DNA from: Phoronis australis
Lineage: Eukaryota; Animalia; Phoronida
Assembly (NCBI GenBank): GCA_002633005.1
Contig: NMRA01000338.1
Span: 161,575-225,574, forward strand
Direction: 5' to 3'
DNA length: 64,000 nucleotides
The stretch's first letter is position 1. Each line of letters begins with the position of its first letter. The position numbers were made by a program, and so were the translations under genes. The notes under the pieces are model-generated. The model saw only the letters and a list, made by a program, of their open reading frames with translations, was not told the DNA's origin and ran no database searches. Shown here piece after piece: positions 49,201-62,600 of the stretch.

Positions 49201-52200
49201 GAATGGTTATTCTTTCTTGGCCTTGCCCTGCTTAATATGGTTGTATGCTATTTCAGCATATGTTGCTTCTCATTTGTGTGCAGCGTATATTGTACTCCCC
49301 AGGTTGTGCCAGCCTCCAGACCCTTTCCTGATTGTTGTCTACTCGCAGACTCACTCACGACCTGAGTTCTATGACTGCACAGTTTTGAAGCAGTTGACTC
49401 CAGACATGTGTTTGTTCTCTGCTCTCGACACGGTGACTATTCCCAAGGTGAGAAATCATCAAAATTGACCATCATTGTTGTTGCTAGCAATAGCAAGCAT
49501 TTATTGTTCAGATATTTGATACATGATGTCTGAGAACACAGTTTTAGCATTGTATGAACATTGAACACTATGTGAAAACATCGTTTGACTGTTTAAAAGC
49601 AAAAGTAGGACTTGATTGCACAGTCTGAAAATGTCTTTGTTATTGCCTCTTGGATACAGTCATGGGTAGCGCAGATAATGTGCTTGTGGTGATACAGTAA
49701 GAATTGTGCTTACGGTGATTTTGCATAACCATAGTACCTGAAGCATATTCAAACTTTAGTTGTTCTTGTATGTTTGGGCCACCATATCAATTTTTGGCCA
49801 TATTATTGAAATAAAATGACAAAACTTTACATGAGAACATTCGTATTTGGTTATACTTTAAGGAAGCAGTTTAAAATGCTATGCCATCAAACCGTGAATA
49901 TTCAAATTTGTAGCAAGAGCCACCTAGTTGCCACCTGGAGAACTGTGTATAAGTATAATCAGGAAATGAAACAAATAAATTAATTGCGGTGTTAAAGAAA
50001 ACACCTCAACTGACACGTTGCTTCACTCACATTTCGTTGATCACAGTTGAAATTATATTAAGCTTGTGTCATGAAAATGTCTGAATTCAAGATTTGTCAA
50101 CAATGAGATCAGTCTGTATCAGCTGTGCTGCCTTATCCAGTGGTTGCAATTAGAAATAATATTGAGGTCCTTTGTCTGTTGCCAGGAACTTGGAAAGAGC
50201 GATGACTTGTTCCTGCAGATGGAGCTGTGTGCAGTGGAGCATGGACACAAACACGAGGAGTTTGAAACAGCCTTGCAGACGGTCGCATCCAGCTTTGAGT
50301 GAGTGTTTTGTGCTGTGGTCTCACACCATAAAGATCTTTGATAGAGCTAACAATATTACCAAGTGGGCTCGCACCATGAACATCTCTAATAGTACTAACA
50401 ATATAACTGTGCGGTTTCACGCTCTAAAGATCCCTGACAGTGCCAATCCGCCTTGAATAAGCTTGATGGGATAATCAGCTGTTCAACATTGACTTTCAAG
50501 CTTGAGATACATTGCCAGTGTTCTCTCTACATGTATTGACTTGGTGCTGCACCATGTATGATACAAAATAATGTGGAATTTGCGCCATGTTTGAATGTTT
50601 GCTCGGAGAGAACTCTGAGTGCCTGCTTGGTAACCACTGCTGTGCAAGCCTGAATCAGGTTGATGATCAGTAACATAATTCAGCTAATCATCTTTAACAA
50701 GTCCCATCAATTGGCAAAACTTTGCTACCAACTGATGATCAAAATAAACGTGTGAAATGGTCTGTTGGCGTGTAATACTGACCAGACGTACAGTACACTT
50801 GAGGTGTAATCACATAAGTACACCAACAGGGGGCACTACTGTGGTTATGCTATTTCAGTTGGTAGATAAAAAGTGAAAATGATGCCTTAGTTTGAAATGT
50901 ATTAGCCAAGCTAAGGTAGTGTATTTCTTAACTCACTCTTGCCCTTAGTGTCACTAAATGTAGTGTAGCGCTGACTGTGTGTGACCTCGTGTTAACATTC
51001 TCGTTGAATATGCTACCTCTCAGGACACCTATCCGTGTAATTTTGTGTTAACAGGCAATACGTTCTCATCGAATAGGTTATCTCTCAGTACATCAATCCC
51101 TGTGACCTCCTGGTAACAGGCGGTACACTCTCATCGAATAGGTCACCTCTCAGCACACCTACCTGTATGACCTTGCGTTTACAGGCAGTACATTCTCATT
51201 GAATAGGTCAACTCTCAGGACACCTATCTGTGGAACCCCATGTTAACAAGCAGTACATTCTCATTGAATAGGTCACCTCTCAGGACACCTATCTCGCGAG
51301 GTTATTGCGAAGATTTGGAGCCCAGGGCGTCCCCTTCTCCGCATTCAACAAAGGTTTGAATTCACAGTTTGTACCTAGTTGCTGTATTCCTACTGATCTG
51401 TTCTGTACATATTATTCAAAATGAAATAAGTCATGTTCACTGTGATTACTCTAGTATGACTGCTACCCATGAACTCCAGTTGTCTCACTTTACAACATTC
51501 CAAAACTTGGATTTGCTATATTAAGAACGCTATAATATGTATCGAAAAGGTTTTGTTAAGGAGGCTCTGTTTGTGGTTTCAGTTTGTGAAAGGGATTGGG
51601 TGTCAAGATTTAATCCGTGTTTATCATATCCACACACTGGTGCAGTGGAATTTTACACTCGGATATTTGCATATTTGCTGATTTAAGTGCATATCTAACA
51701 AAATGCCGAGATCTCTATGTTTTAGGTTCTCATATTAACTGTAAATGTCTTTATTGTTTTTCTTAGGCTGTAGCCATTGGCCCGTCAGTGCCAGATGTCT
51801 CCCTCGTCTTTGACCACCAGGAGGACAACTGCCCCGTCCCTAGGAAACCTCACTTTAGTTCACCCCAGGCACCAGCCAGGCAGGCCCTCAAGCCTTTGAA
51901 TGCCAACCCTCTTTCTTCCCGCCAGAGTCGTGTAACATGTGACCTAAGAAATGACATGACTAAGGATGATGCTAGGCCTGCCCAGCCATGGCTACCTGCA
52001 TCCTATGGTGTGCAAAGAGAACAAGTTTCAGCAAGCACCAGTATTCCATCCACAAAGTCTAGCAAACATCTTAATACACACGCAACTGCTCTTCAGGGCA
52101 CTGCGCAGGATCAAGAGTTGGGGAGTGGAAAGTCAACGTCGACAATGTCTCGACAAACCAAGAAAAACCGACGAGACAGGAAGATTAAGTCGACGTCAAG

Positions 52201-55200
52201 TGTGAGCAACTCAGAGCATGCACACATGCCTCCGCCTATGTATCCACTCCAGTATCCGTGTGATCCGAGGTTCATTAACTACTATCAGCAACAGTCTACC
52301 GGATACGTCCCATTTCCTGGATACTATCCAGGCATGGGTGACCCCAGACTGGCAGGCTCCATGGGATACACTGGTCTGCCTCTTATGTATACGTCACCAA
52401 ATGGGGGACCTCTTCCTTTGGTCCCTGGGAGTGTACAGTATGCGTCCAGTCCCCCAGTTATGGACAGTATTCCTGTAGAAAATGTTACTGTTGGGAAGAA
52501 TGCAAATAATAAGACTGGGAAGCAATCAAAGCGTGCTGCTGTGGTGTCTGCTGATCCTGTCTCTAGATTAAATGGAAATCCAGTTGACAGTGCCTCGGTT
52601 GACACTGCCCCTGTTGACACTGTCCCTGTTGACACTGCCCCTATTGAAGAAAGCACTGAGCGTTTTGCTGAAAGTGCAAAAATCAAGCATAGCAAATCCT
52701 GTGACCCACATTCACCCCCTCGATCCCAGAATGTAGTTCGTGGTCTTCAAACCACTTTGCCTGCAGCAGTCCAGACAAGGCCTTCTACCATCAGTGTTGA
52801 TGACATTCAGTGCCAGTCAGTAGACACTCCACAACCTTTAGTTGCCAGTCCTGAAGTATTTCAGTTGTTGAAACAGCAAGATACACAACTAAAAGCACTT
52901 CAGGCCCAGATCAACATGTTGTTAGCAGCTCAGAATGTTACACCTACGAAACCAGAGGAGAGTTTGCAGACTAACAGTGCTTCACCAGACTCTCAGGGAT
53001 ATATGTCTATGGATAACACTCATTCACCACAGCAACATTTTGTTAAGGAAACAAACTCCATAGCGACCAACACAAGCCTTTGGCTGGGTCAAAGTGAACA
53101 GCAGTATCAGCAACCTGTGGCAAATGTGCTGACAATGAACCATGCCACCAACGGGGACTACTCGGGTAATGACCAGCGGTCAGACACCAACGAGTCTCTA
53201 ACACTCAGTGGTGTTAACCTGGCCACTCTACAGGACAAGGCTAGCTTTGTGTCTGAGATGGTGGTGGATGTACCAAGCTATTCTTCATCTCCCGAGAAGT
53301 AAGTTAGTGCTCTTAGTCAACTGGCCTTGTTGACTCAACTTAGCTATGACACAAGTGGCACGGTGATTGGACATTTTATAAATACGTGAAACCCATGCAT
53401 TGATTATAATTTAGCCAATACAAATAATTGGTTTTGTAGACTCAGCAGTCTGCACTAGGTTCAAATTGTAGTATTTTTATAACTAAAGTATGCCAACATC
53501 ACACTGTCTCTTGTCTTGTCACACAATCATATGAATTAATTCTAAATGTAATCTTGGGTGCATTTTTTGCGGTGCTTTCACTTTGTCTGATTCATCCTGT
53601 TCTCATATATCTGTTGTCACAATTTGTGTGCAATTTCCCCTTTATTCCAGGTCTCCTGACCGACCCAATGATGGTGACACTGAGAGTGCTAGTATGTGTG
53701 AAGGTCCAGTAGAGGTGAGCTTCTAATAGTGTAATGATGTGAAGTTATGGTGTTAGTATGATCCAATGTTATGGCGGACGATAAGAACAGTGCTGAAAAC
53801 ACCGGTAACACTGAAAATTACAAAGTGCATGTAATTGTGTAATATGATGTGTGATTAGTGCACTGAAAATCATTCAGATGACAACATGACAACAATTCTT
53901 GTTATCCTCACTTGTGTTGTCACTTACTCCAGGGCTGGGCATACGGTTAGTGGTTAGACTTGGACGTTTTTTTATTTATTTTGCTACTGAATGTGGGAAC
54001 AAATGGCATTTGTGTAGCGGGGGCTGATTCATGGTGAATGTGTGCTGTTTCACTTGCATCACACATACATTGAATTGTAATGCTGCTCTCTGTGCAGGAT
54101 TGGCAGTACATGTAAGTACTTAATTTATGTCATTGTAGCAGTGATTGGTGATGAAAATGTCAGAGAAGTGACTTCGTACTCATTTATTGACCACAACTGA
54201 AGAGAAATGCAAATACGCAGCAAACATCTGCTCGCAATTGGTCAAAAACGATGAACTGCAACGAAAATGACACTCAATTCACCAGACAACCGTGGCCAGT
54301 TACAATGCAGTGACAAAGCAGAATTGGGCCACGCCCAAACTAGGAGTTATGTTGAAAGGTCTATTCCCAAACAGTAATTTATTGCACAGTGAACAGTATT
54401 AAAGTTACATGAGCCATATAGACTTGCAAAGACTACATATTACGTTGTCCAACTACGTATCCACGACTGTATGCAACACATGAAGAGGAGCATAGTCAAC
54501 TTGCACATCTCTGGGTTTGCCTTATTGTCTGGTAATTTCGTCCCTGTTGCCCTGAATGCACTGTGCTGTTAAAGGTGTTTCTTGAACATTGAAATGAGCT
54601 GCTGCCGTCATACCAAACACTTACTCATTGCACTAATTCTCAGATGCCCCACTATGAAGCCCGTGACAGTTCCATGTGTTCACAAGACACACCCACATTG
54701 GATGAGTCAGCAGCAGAAACTGAGTTGGATGAGGAACAGAAACAGTACTATGATAATCTCATTGTAAGTATTGTAAGGCTGGTAAGATTTGTTTAAAGCC
54801 TCTGTGAGCACCTTGTTATAACACTTGTCTAGGTTGCTTGCAGAATTGTACGGGTCTCTATTATGAGCTTATCTACACCCCAGAAAAAAAATGTATTGGC
54901 TGTTCTCCCTTGTTGATCACAAAAGTAAAACCTTTGGCTCACAACTGGACAGCAGTTACTTAACATGTTGACAGACAAAATGTTAAATATTTCTTTCAAC
55001 AGCGGAATGTGAAGAATCTTTTGGCTCAACACTCTCCTGAGAGACAGGTGGAGAAGACCGAAGTACAAGCAAATCCTCCGCCAGAGGTGGCTAGAGCCAA
55101 AGTGCAGAAAGAGGTGGATGTCATCGCGGCAACAAAAAAACAACTCAGGAAACTAGGAATTGGCAGTGAAGAGAGGCCTGATAAGTTGAACACAGCCAGG

Positions 55201-56614
55201 TCAGTGATGTTTTGGACCACTTTTTAGTGGTTACAATAGACCTCATGAGAATTGCCTTGTGTTGTTTTTCCTCAGTGCTGTACAAGTCAATGCATAGCCC
55301 TCCAAGGCTACTGTGAACTATGAATGAGAAATAGCCACAAGTTCTTATAAGTTGCATGCAAGCTATAACATTGGTAAAAGGGACGTCAGAACTGCCACTG
55401 CTTGTGATTATAGAATAGTTTTTTCTTCCATTGTTAAAGTTTGTAATGATGGCGTTAAATACAACAATTGTTCTTGCTGTTAAGTAGGGCTAGGTGTGAA
55501 AGTAGGAATTGCTCATGTTGATTTTGTTGGTCAAGTATTGTTATCAATAGAGGTGATCTCTTGACTGGTGTGGATAAAATCTCAACTTCAATTTGTTAGA
55601 GGCTTTTACCCTTTATCGGATCTGCTATCACGTTTTGAAAAGGATTAAAATTTGAGAATTTTTATCGTAATTTACCAAGAAACTGAAGGTATCATGATGT
55701 AGGTTAACTCCTCTGTATTGTCAAAATTAATAAAATATTGACTGGCTAAAACATTTCATGAAAATGTTGACTTAAGTAATAAAACAAAGCAGCATATGTT
55801 GTGAAGTTTAGTATAATGAATATACAGTTGGCATGAACATTTGCCATAACCTGCCAACTTTTCACACTTTCATTTTTCAATGGACATGTAGTGGATTTTT
55901 GTATTGAATATAGAGAGTATTTGAAAGGGTACGTCTGTCTAAAAGTCTCTCTCTTCATTCAGGTCTGACCCAAGCTTTTTCTATGACTCAGCACTGCTTC
56001 CGCGGCTCAACTATGTCTCTGTATTTTTGGATGAATCCACATGTCCTAGCCGTAGTGTGGAGATTAACGCCTTAGCCATGAAATACCTTAGTGATGACCA
56101 ACTGGCTCACGTGGCCAGGATACACCAGAGGTCACCCAAGAAGGTCAAGGACAATCTACTCAGACATGTGTTAACAACAAGTAACGCCACCTGTCCATCA
56201 GATGTGACCAGTTTTGGTATGTCGGCCAATAACATGTCGTTCTCAACTAAGAAGTATCTTGAACGTTATGGTCTGATACCATCAGATGATCTGTCTGATG
56301 AGAGCCCACAAGACAGTCCAGAAAGTTCTTTGTTAGGGCAGCATGCAGCAACAAAAGTGACATTTCATCTGGATGCTAAAGATGCAGTGCCCTCCGTAAT
56401 GCAGCCCATTCAGAAGAACCCAGAATTCAAAGAAACCTCACAAGATGAGGACAATGGGGTTTGGCTGTTCAAGGACAAACGGATGAAGCCTCAGGGACAA
56501 TGTTTATCGCGCAGTAGTTCAGAGTCGGCTGTTGAAAGTCTGAGGAGGGAAACGGTAGACACAGACAGAATACTGGACATTGACAGGTTGAAACAACTAC
56601 CTAAGCTTATCTAG
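40299..56614 (+). CDS. STIL: STIL (SCL/TAL1-interrupting locus; SAS-5/Ana2 family centriole assembly protein), 16 coding exons, about 1257 aa
   Basis: Exons 40299-40339, 41748-41873, 42349-42464, 42895-43010, 45693-45743, 46390-46637, 47988-48071, 48670-48756, 49303-49447, 50186-50298, 51272-51353, 51767-53298, 53651-53714, 54644-54763, 55003-55199, 55963-56614; phases join to 3774 nt. Motifs: [43 protein letters not shown], coiled coil [21 protein letters not shown] ([26 protein letters not shown]), C-terminal [12 protein letters not shown]. The start exon is the least certain part. Confidence 0.93.
41295..41697 (+). repeat. Two diverged direct copies of a mariner-like MITE end
   Basis: cttgtatg..aaacttagg..aaaaaggcc..cctaaagg..aatac(g/a)gta at about 41315-41433 and 41586-41697. 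Confidence 0.55.
43853..45146 (+). mobile_element. Longest Helentron/DINE-1-like copy, with an internal tandem array
   Basis: 5' hairpin, about 8 subunits of 145-160 bp in an approximately 450-bp higher-order repeat, 3' palindrome gcacccgtgcatttgtgggcgc; a further partial copy lies at 45270-45560. Confidence 0.7.
47236..47694. repeat. 17-bp minisatellite x27
   Basis: (ttaggtggtgacctgtc)n with only two variant units. Confidence 0.98.
48194..48600. mobile_element. Tc1/mariner-like MITE
   Basis: TIRs ccggaaatttccaaaaatatgcccat / atgggcttatttttggaaattttcag; TA on the left flank. Confidence 0.75.
50985..51295 (+). repeat. 65-bp tandem repeat x5 spanning the STIL exon 11 acceptor
   Basis: gaata recurs at 51006, 51071, 51136, 51201 and 51266. 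Confidence 0.92.
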
Positions 56615-57410
56615 ACGGAGAAATATTTTTAGAGTATGGACCCTTCGGAGGACAGAACAAAGAAAACAAAAATTCGTTACCTTGTTATTTCAGAGTAACA
56701 GACCTTCAAAGGCTCTTTAGAGAATTGGTCCTTGAGAGTAAGCACACAATATGTGTACTGCGTCTTCACTTCGAATGGTCAATACTCTTTTGAGGCTTGT
56801 TTGGCATGATATAATATATTGAATACCTATTGTTTCTAGTTGCCACCATTTCAGTGCATTCAGTAGTTTTCAAAATAAACTAGTCAAATTTTGACAGAAC
56901 TATCAGACTTTGTCTCAGACTATGACAAATTTCTTGCCAGAATTATTTGACAGGGAAGTTGTTTGTCATTATGAAGTAGCATTGTCAAAATTTAGTCAGT
57001 TTGATATGGATGTTATTGTGCCTAGCCACTTATTGTTAATGCGTGAATGGCTTTGCACAGCATCTTGTTGCAATTTCAGCATAGTGCATGGAGTAACACC
57101 TGACGAAGTTTTGCTGAAATTTAGCCAGCTCTGGAACGGATTCTAGAAGAACAGAAATGGATATTTATTTGCGGTTTTGTATGTCGAAACTTTGTCGAAT
57201 TTCTGTGTTATCCAGTTTATTTTGAAAACCATTGCATCTGCACTGTTGTGTATTGTGACAGCATGTACATTAAATATATGTTGTAATTATTGGTTTATGG
57301 GTACATATTAAATGTACAAAACAGACGTGCATTGATTAACACGTACAGTAAACCTATGGATGTTTTAATTACTGGTTTGTGGGTATATAATGTACCAAAC
57401 CTAATGTGCG

Positions 57411-57590
57411 TTGACATGGGCAAGTGTCTGTGCTGTCGTACCACTTCATCACTGTCACCATCCCATTTTATGGCACCGAGATCAAGGGGTGAAAGGCAAC
57501 TGTAAATTTGTTTTTCTTCAAATGTCACTTTCCTAGTGCTTATTTTAGGCTCTGATCATCTAGGTTTTTCTAATTACCCCTAACTTCAGT
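57411..57590 (-). pseudogene. Decayed duplicate of part of the MED26 last exon
   Basis: ccattttatggcaccgagatcaaggggtgaaaggcaactgtaaatttgtt aligns to ccattttatggcatcgagatcaaggggtggaaggcgactgtaaatttgtt near 59915-59962. Peptide QIYSCLSPLDLGAIKWDGDSDE versus QIYSRLPPLDLDAIKWNSDSDE, with indels. Confidence 0.85.
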
Positions 57591-57949
57591 CTTAATGGAT
57601 GTTTTAGAAAGGTCCTGGGAGGGTTCGTTGTAACAGGTTTCAACTATATCTCAGTTGTGGGCTCTTATTTCCGTTCCTTTGGCCCTAATACATTATGTAT
57701 ATACTTTTGATGTATTACAAGGGTTTCCGGAGTGGCTTTCAAACATTACAATCACTACTAAGGTATCATGAAATGTGACCCAAAATTGAAGGACAGTTTT
57801 TTCCATCTCTCTACGTAAACCAGGCAATTTCGCCACACAAATGTTTCAAACATTTCCGTACCATAGACAAGTAATGTAACGGGTTGAGCTTTGAACTGCG
57901 CCAACAACTACCACACTACATGCATTAGATGTCGCCAAAATTGGGAAAG

Positions 57950-58625
57950 TGTCCCCACTTCTCTAATAATAAACATGGCCACTAGGTGGCACAGAATACC
58001 GAATCCTGAAAGTGGGAAAGCAGTCTCAACAGAAACCTATTTGCCAAATTTCACAAAAATCCACCCATGAGCTCTGATCCAGAGGTAAATATGATGAGAA
58101 AATGAAATTGCCAAAATAGGACACAGCAGTAGTCTGATACTCATCATCCGTTGCCATCTCCATAGGCACACATCTGTCAAACTTTATAAAGATCCTGCAG
58201 AGGGTTGCGGATGCAGAGCCATGGATGGAAAAAAAACTAACTGCCACTGGAGGGTGCCAGAAAAATGGAGCCCGTTTGAAAATTGTCAGCTGTGATCTTC
58301 GCATCAGTAACACACCTGCCAATTTTCATAATGCTTTGTTCCATAGGCAGGTTGCGCACAATATGTCAGAAGATGTCTCCTAAATAAAACCCTATTTGCC
58401 AAATGTAATGGAAATCCATAAAGGAACTCTAGATACAGAGGTGAACATAAAACAAAATTGCCACTAGGGTGCAGAGCGGTGGTCAGATCGGTCGAAAACT
58501 AGACTGTCATCAACTTCATCGGAACACATCTGCTAAATTTTGTTAAGATCCAGCAAGGCGTTAACTAGATATATCAGTGGACACCAGGATAAAGACGACA
58601 GCAAAATGCACCCACGTATAACTGA
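57950..58625 (-). mobile_element. Reverse copy of the Helentron/DINE-1-like family
   Basis: cctatttgccaaat and gccactagg motifs are reverse complements of the family subunits. Confidence 0.65.
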
Positions 58626-59676
58626 GGATACATAGAAATTACTTCCATCCCAAAATGGAGGGGCACTTGCACTTAATTTCAGTGTTTGTCAACTTTTCCA
58701 AATTTGGCATTGCTCCAAATCAAATGCAGCTCACCTCAATTATCTTTGATGAAAAAAATCAATTGCTATCGTGGCAAAGACATTCTCAAGACCAGTTTGT
58801 TAACCATCCTAATAGATCATTTTCATGTTCCAGTCATAAGTGGGAAGGTAGTGTTGCTATGTAACAAGATTACTGACTTGCACCATTCAAAGGTGAAGCG
58901 AGTTTTCCAAAATTGGGAGTTTTATTGAGGTTATGCTGTATCTTAGAAAAATATCCAATTTTGGCAGCTAACTTGGGAACACCATATCTCACAAATGGTT
59001 GATCGGATTAACATGAAGCTTTCAAGATACCATGCTTGATACTGTTCTTCAAAAGAGTTGGGAATTGTTTTTGAAATGCACCACTTTCACTCGAGGGGCA
59101 ATCAAAACAGGACTTGAAAATGTTAAGAAACTGTAACGGCATTTTTGAGATTTTATCTCGGAACATTTCTATCACACGAAAGTTAGTCCCGTCACTTTGC
59201 TATGAATATATTTTTCTCTTTAGCTTAATTTTCCTAAAACAAAAAGGTCAAGTGACCTAATTTGTGGCAAATTGGTGTAAGTCAAAAAGAAATTGTATGG
59301 AATTTCAGAAAATATGTACTTTTGCCGAGTTAAATTTATAGTTTTGAAGATATCTGGCTAAGTGTTGAGACTTGTCAATAAATTCCTATACAACCGTTAC
59401 AGGTTTTCTTGCAATATTTCGACAAACACACACTTAAATTTACGATGCAAAGTCTGCGGTGGTCTAACCAGTGACAGTAATGGTGGGCACTACAAGACTG
59501 TGAGTACCCCACAACCCACTTTAACCAAGCCACCTGTGTTATTCTTATTACAAACTAAACAAGTTGTCAAATACTGAATGGCTTTAATAAATCAGCAACA
59601 GTAAACAAATAGGTCATTAGAATAAAACTGACCAATATGTTATAGTATTCAGGAGCACGAGGATAAGTAGACATAA

Positions 59677-62600
59677 TTAACCATCTGTATCTACATAGGG
59701 GAGAACGTGTAGCAAATCGCCGTTATAAGAACTAAGAGAAACAACGGACGTCCAATCATGCCACTGACTGTTGTAGTCGCGACAACCATTAATACCTGTC
59801 CATTCCTCATTGTGTAATTTATCTACTAAAGCATTTGAGACCACAGGTTTTGCATTGTCCACCGGGCAAGCATCTGTGCTGTCCATGCCTATTTCTTCAT
59901 CACTGTCACTATTCCATTTTATGGCATCGAGATCAAGGGGTGGAAGGCGACTGTAAATTTGTTCAAGTTCCTCCTCAATTGACACTTTTCTAACGTTTGT
60001 TTTTAGGTTCTGTTCATCCAGGCCTTTATAACTGGCTACAGTCTCATCAAAAACAGATAAGGTGTCATTAAGAGTCGCCTTTTCAATCCCTGAAACTGAA
60101 GGGGGAGATTCACTAGCTACAGGGCTTTCCAAGCGATACGATTCATTGGCATCACTGTAGCATGAGTTCAAGTAATTTTCCACCAACTCCTTTCGACTGA
60201 TGAGGTCAGGGGTTGGAGGTGGGACCATGGAACCCGGTTTCCGTCGTGGACGAGGCTTGGCACCAGCGGGCACTATTGATTGGTTGACCAGATCCCTTTC
60301 TTTGGCGATACGATTACTAGTTATTCTGGCCACAGTCTCACTCTGCAGTGAGGCTGAACTATTTTTGGCCTTCATCTCGGCGAGAATTTGAGCGGTGGTT
60401 TTCACTTTTGGAGTTTTAGAGACCGTGGACGACGGTCTTTGTGATTCAGGTGGTGTTTTTTTCTTAGAGTTTCCATTGTTTCTTGCCCGCCCGCTGACTT
60501 GTGAGCTTGCCGAGACAAGACTAGTCTGACTAGACGAACAGTGTAACGCTTCCTTATAACATGCATCAACTCCATTCACTAAACCACTGTTCGCGGCATG
60601 CTCATCACCATCTAGTGTTGGTTTCTTGGACGACGGTTCGCCGCAATTGTCTTGTCGGGATCGTTTACGGTTGGCAGCATTAGTTTTTGCTAAATCCTCA
60701 CTCGCATTTTTTCTACTATTAGCACTTTTTGATGACACAGGCGTGGAATGGATGGATGTTGCACTAGACGCAGGACTAACCTGTGTCCCAGCGTAGGAGC
60801 CCTGTTTGTATGACAAGACATTGGTGCTTGAAGCAAGCGGTGATACAGTGTTTGTTCGAGTGCTTGGCACAGTTAACTGATTCCTAGCAGATGATGGAGT
60901 GAGAGGACGCGCAGATGTCACTGGTGTAACTAACTTACTGCTACCACTGACCGGAGGAGACGGGCGACTACCAGAGGGCGTCACCTGACGACCTGCAGGT
61001 CGGGTAGAGACAGGCCTGCCAGATGGGGTCAGTGGTCGTCCTGACGGTGTCAACGGTCTTCCAGTAGCGGGAGTCGAAGGGCAGCTGTTCCCAGATGGTG
61101 TAATGGGACGGGTGGGCAGGCCAGCTGCACGTAGCGCAGGACTGTGCGATAGCGCAGGACTGTGCGATAGCGCAGGACTGGTGTTGTGGCCTCCAGTGCG
61201 CTGTAACTGAGCAATACGATCTGAGCCATTAATAGAACTGCCGCCGCCGCTACCAACTTCAGGGGCGATGAGTTTCTGCCAACTGCGGACAAGCTTCTTG
61301 ATGCGCTTGGCAAGTTCATCGTCTGTGGTCTTTTTACGTAGGTCATTCACATACCGACCTAACCGGGTTTGCTGCAATGAGAAGGGAACGCTGTGTTGAG
61401 TTCAGACAACCGATACATTAAGTCAGATTTATTGTCCCCAGATATTGTAAAACCAAACCACTTTCAGACAAAATCAATTGCCAAGTTGCCCTCTTTTCAT
61501 TTTAACAGCCTCTAAAATTGTGATGAATGCCTAAATTTTTTCAATATTTTCTGGTGGTAGCTATGCTGCAAATTCAGATACCACAAAGCCTAATTCAGGT
61601 AGTGTAAATAATTTATGAAAAATGAGGAAATAAAATTTCATCTGTCTGCCATACTGTGTCCTAAAGTGGCGAAATTTTATCCTAGTATTGAACACTGAAC
61701 GGAATCAAAACATTTGGGACTTGTCATAAAAGCAGCAATATTTAGTTAAGTGTAAAACTTAAAAGCTGAGGTTGAGTAATGTTATTGTAAAACGAGATAT
61801 ACTTAACTGCGCCATTCACTCGGCTTACTATATAGTAATGAAACAAGAAGTCTAACGTTCATTGAAGAAGTTACAAGGGACACAAACAGATATGGCCCAT
61901 CATGAGCATGCACACAGACCAGAATTATATGATGAATAGTTGTAGTCATCCAGTTGAGTAAATAATATTAAAAAAGAAATCAACTACTGGAATTACGAAT
62001 TGAGTTAGCTACGTTGCATCCTCATCTCGAGGACTTCGGCAGGCCACTGAGGTATCACGCGACTAATCATGTGATTGCTAGCACAGTTTGCACGGGATAC
62101 TCTTTAGCACCCTATCCCAAGTTACAAGTTATTGGTAACAGACAAAGGGGGCTAAGATTTCTGTTACCAAGAACTTGGGATAGGGCGCTACGGAGTATCC
62201 TGTGCAAACTGTGCTAGCAATAACATGATGTCACGTGACACTTCAGTGCCCTGCTGAAGTCCTCGAGATGAGGACGCAATGTACCTAACTCAATCCGTAA
62301 GTCCAGTAGTTGATTTTTTCATATTAGGTCCGAATTATGATTTGACCTTTTCATGGACTCACAAGGTATTTGATAATAGGAAGGTCAAAGTTAGAGTGAA
62401 AACTTAACAGACTCAAGGGTCAACTTCAGTTTCGACAACTTCAATTCAACTCTACCCATTTGAGGAGGTAGAAAAATATATTGTATGGTTGGCCTAGCTT
62501 TTTTAAAGGTACTCCAACAACTCTAGTTTGGTAGTGGCTCATTGTCAATCTAACATGAATGTTAGGGAAAATACCGAATTTTGGCAAGTGTTAGGGCATA

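Noticed and set aside
51966-52695. Overlapping and antisense ORFs in STIL exon 12 (similarly 60200-61346 in MED26)
   Set aside because: Shadow frames of real coding exons.
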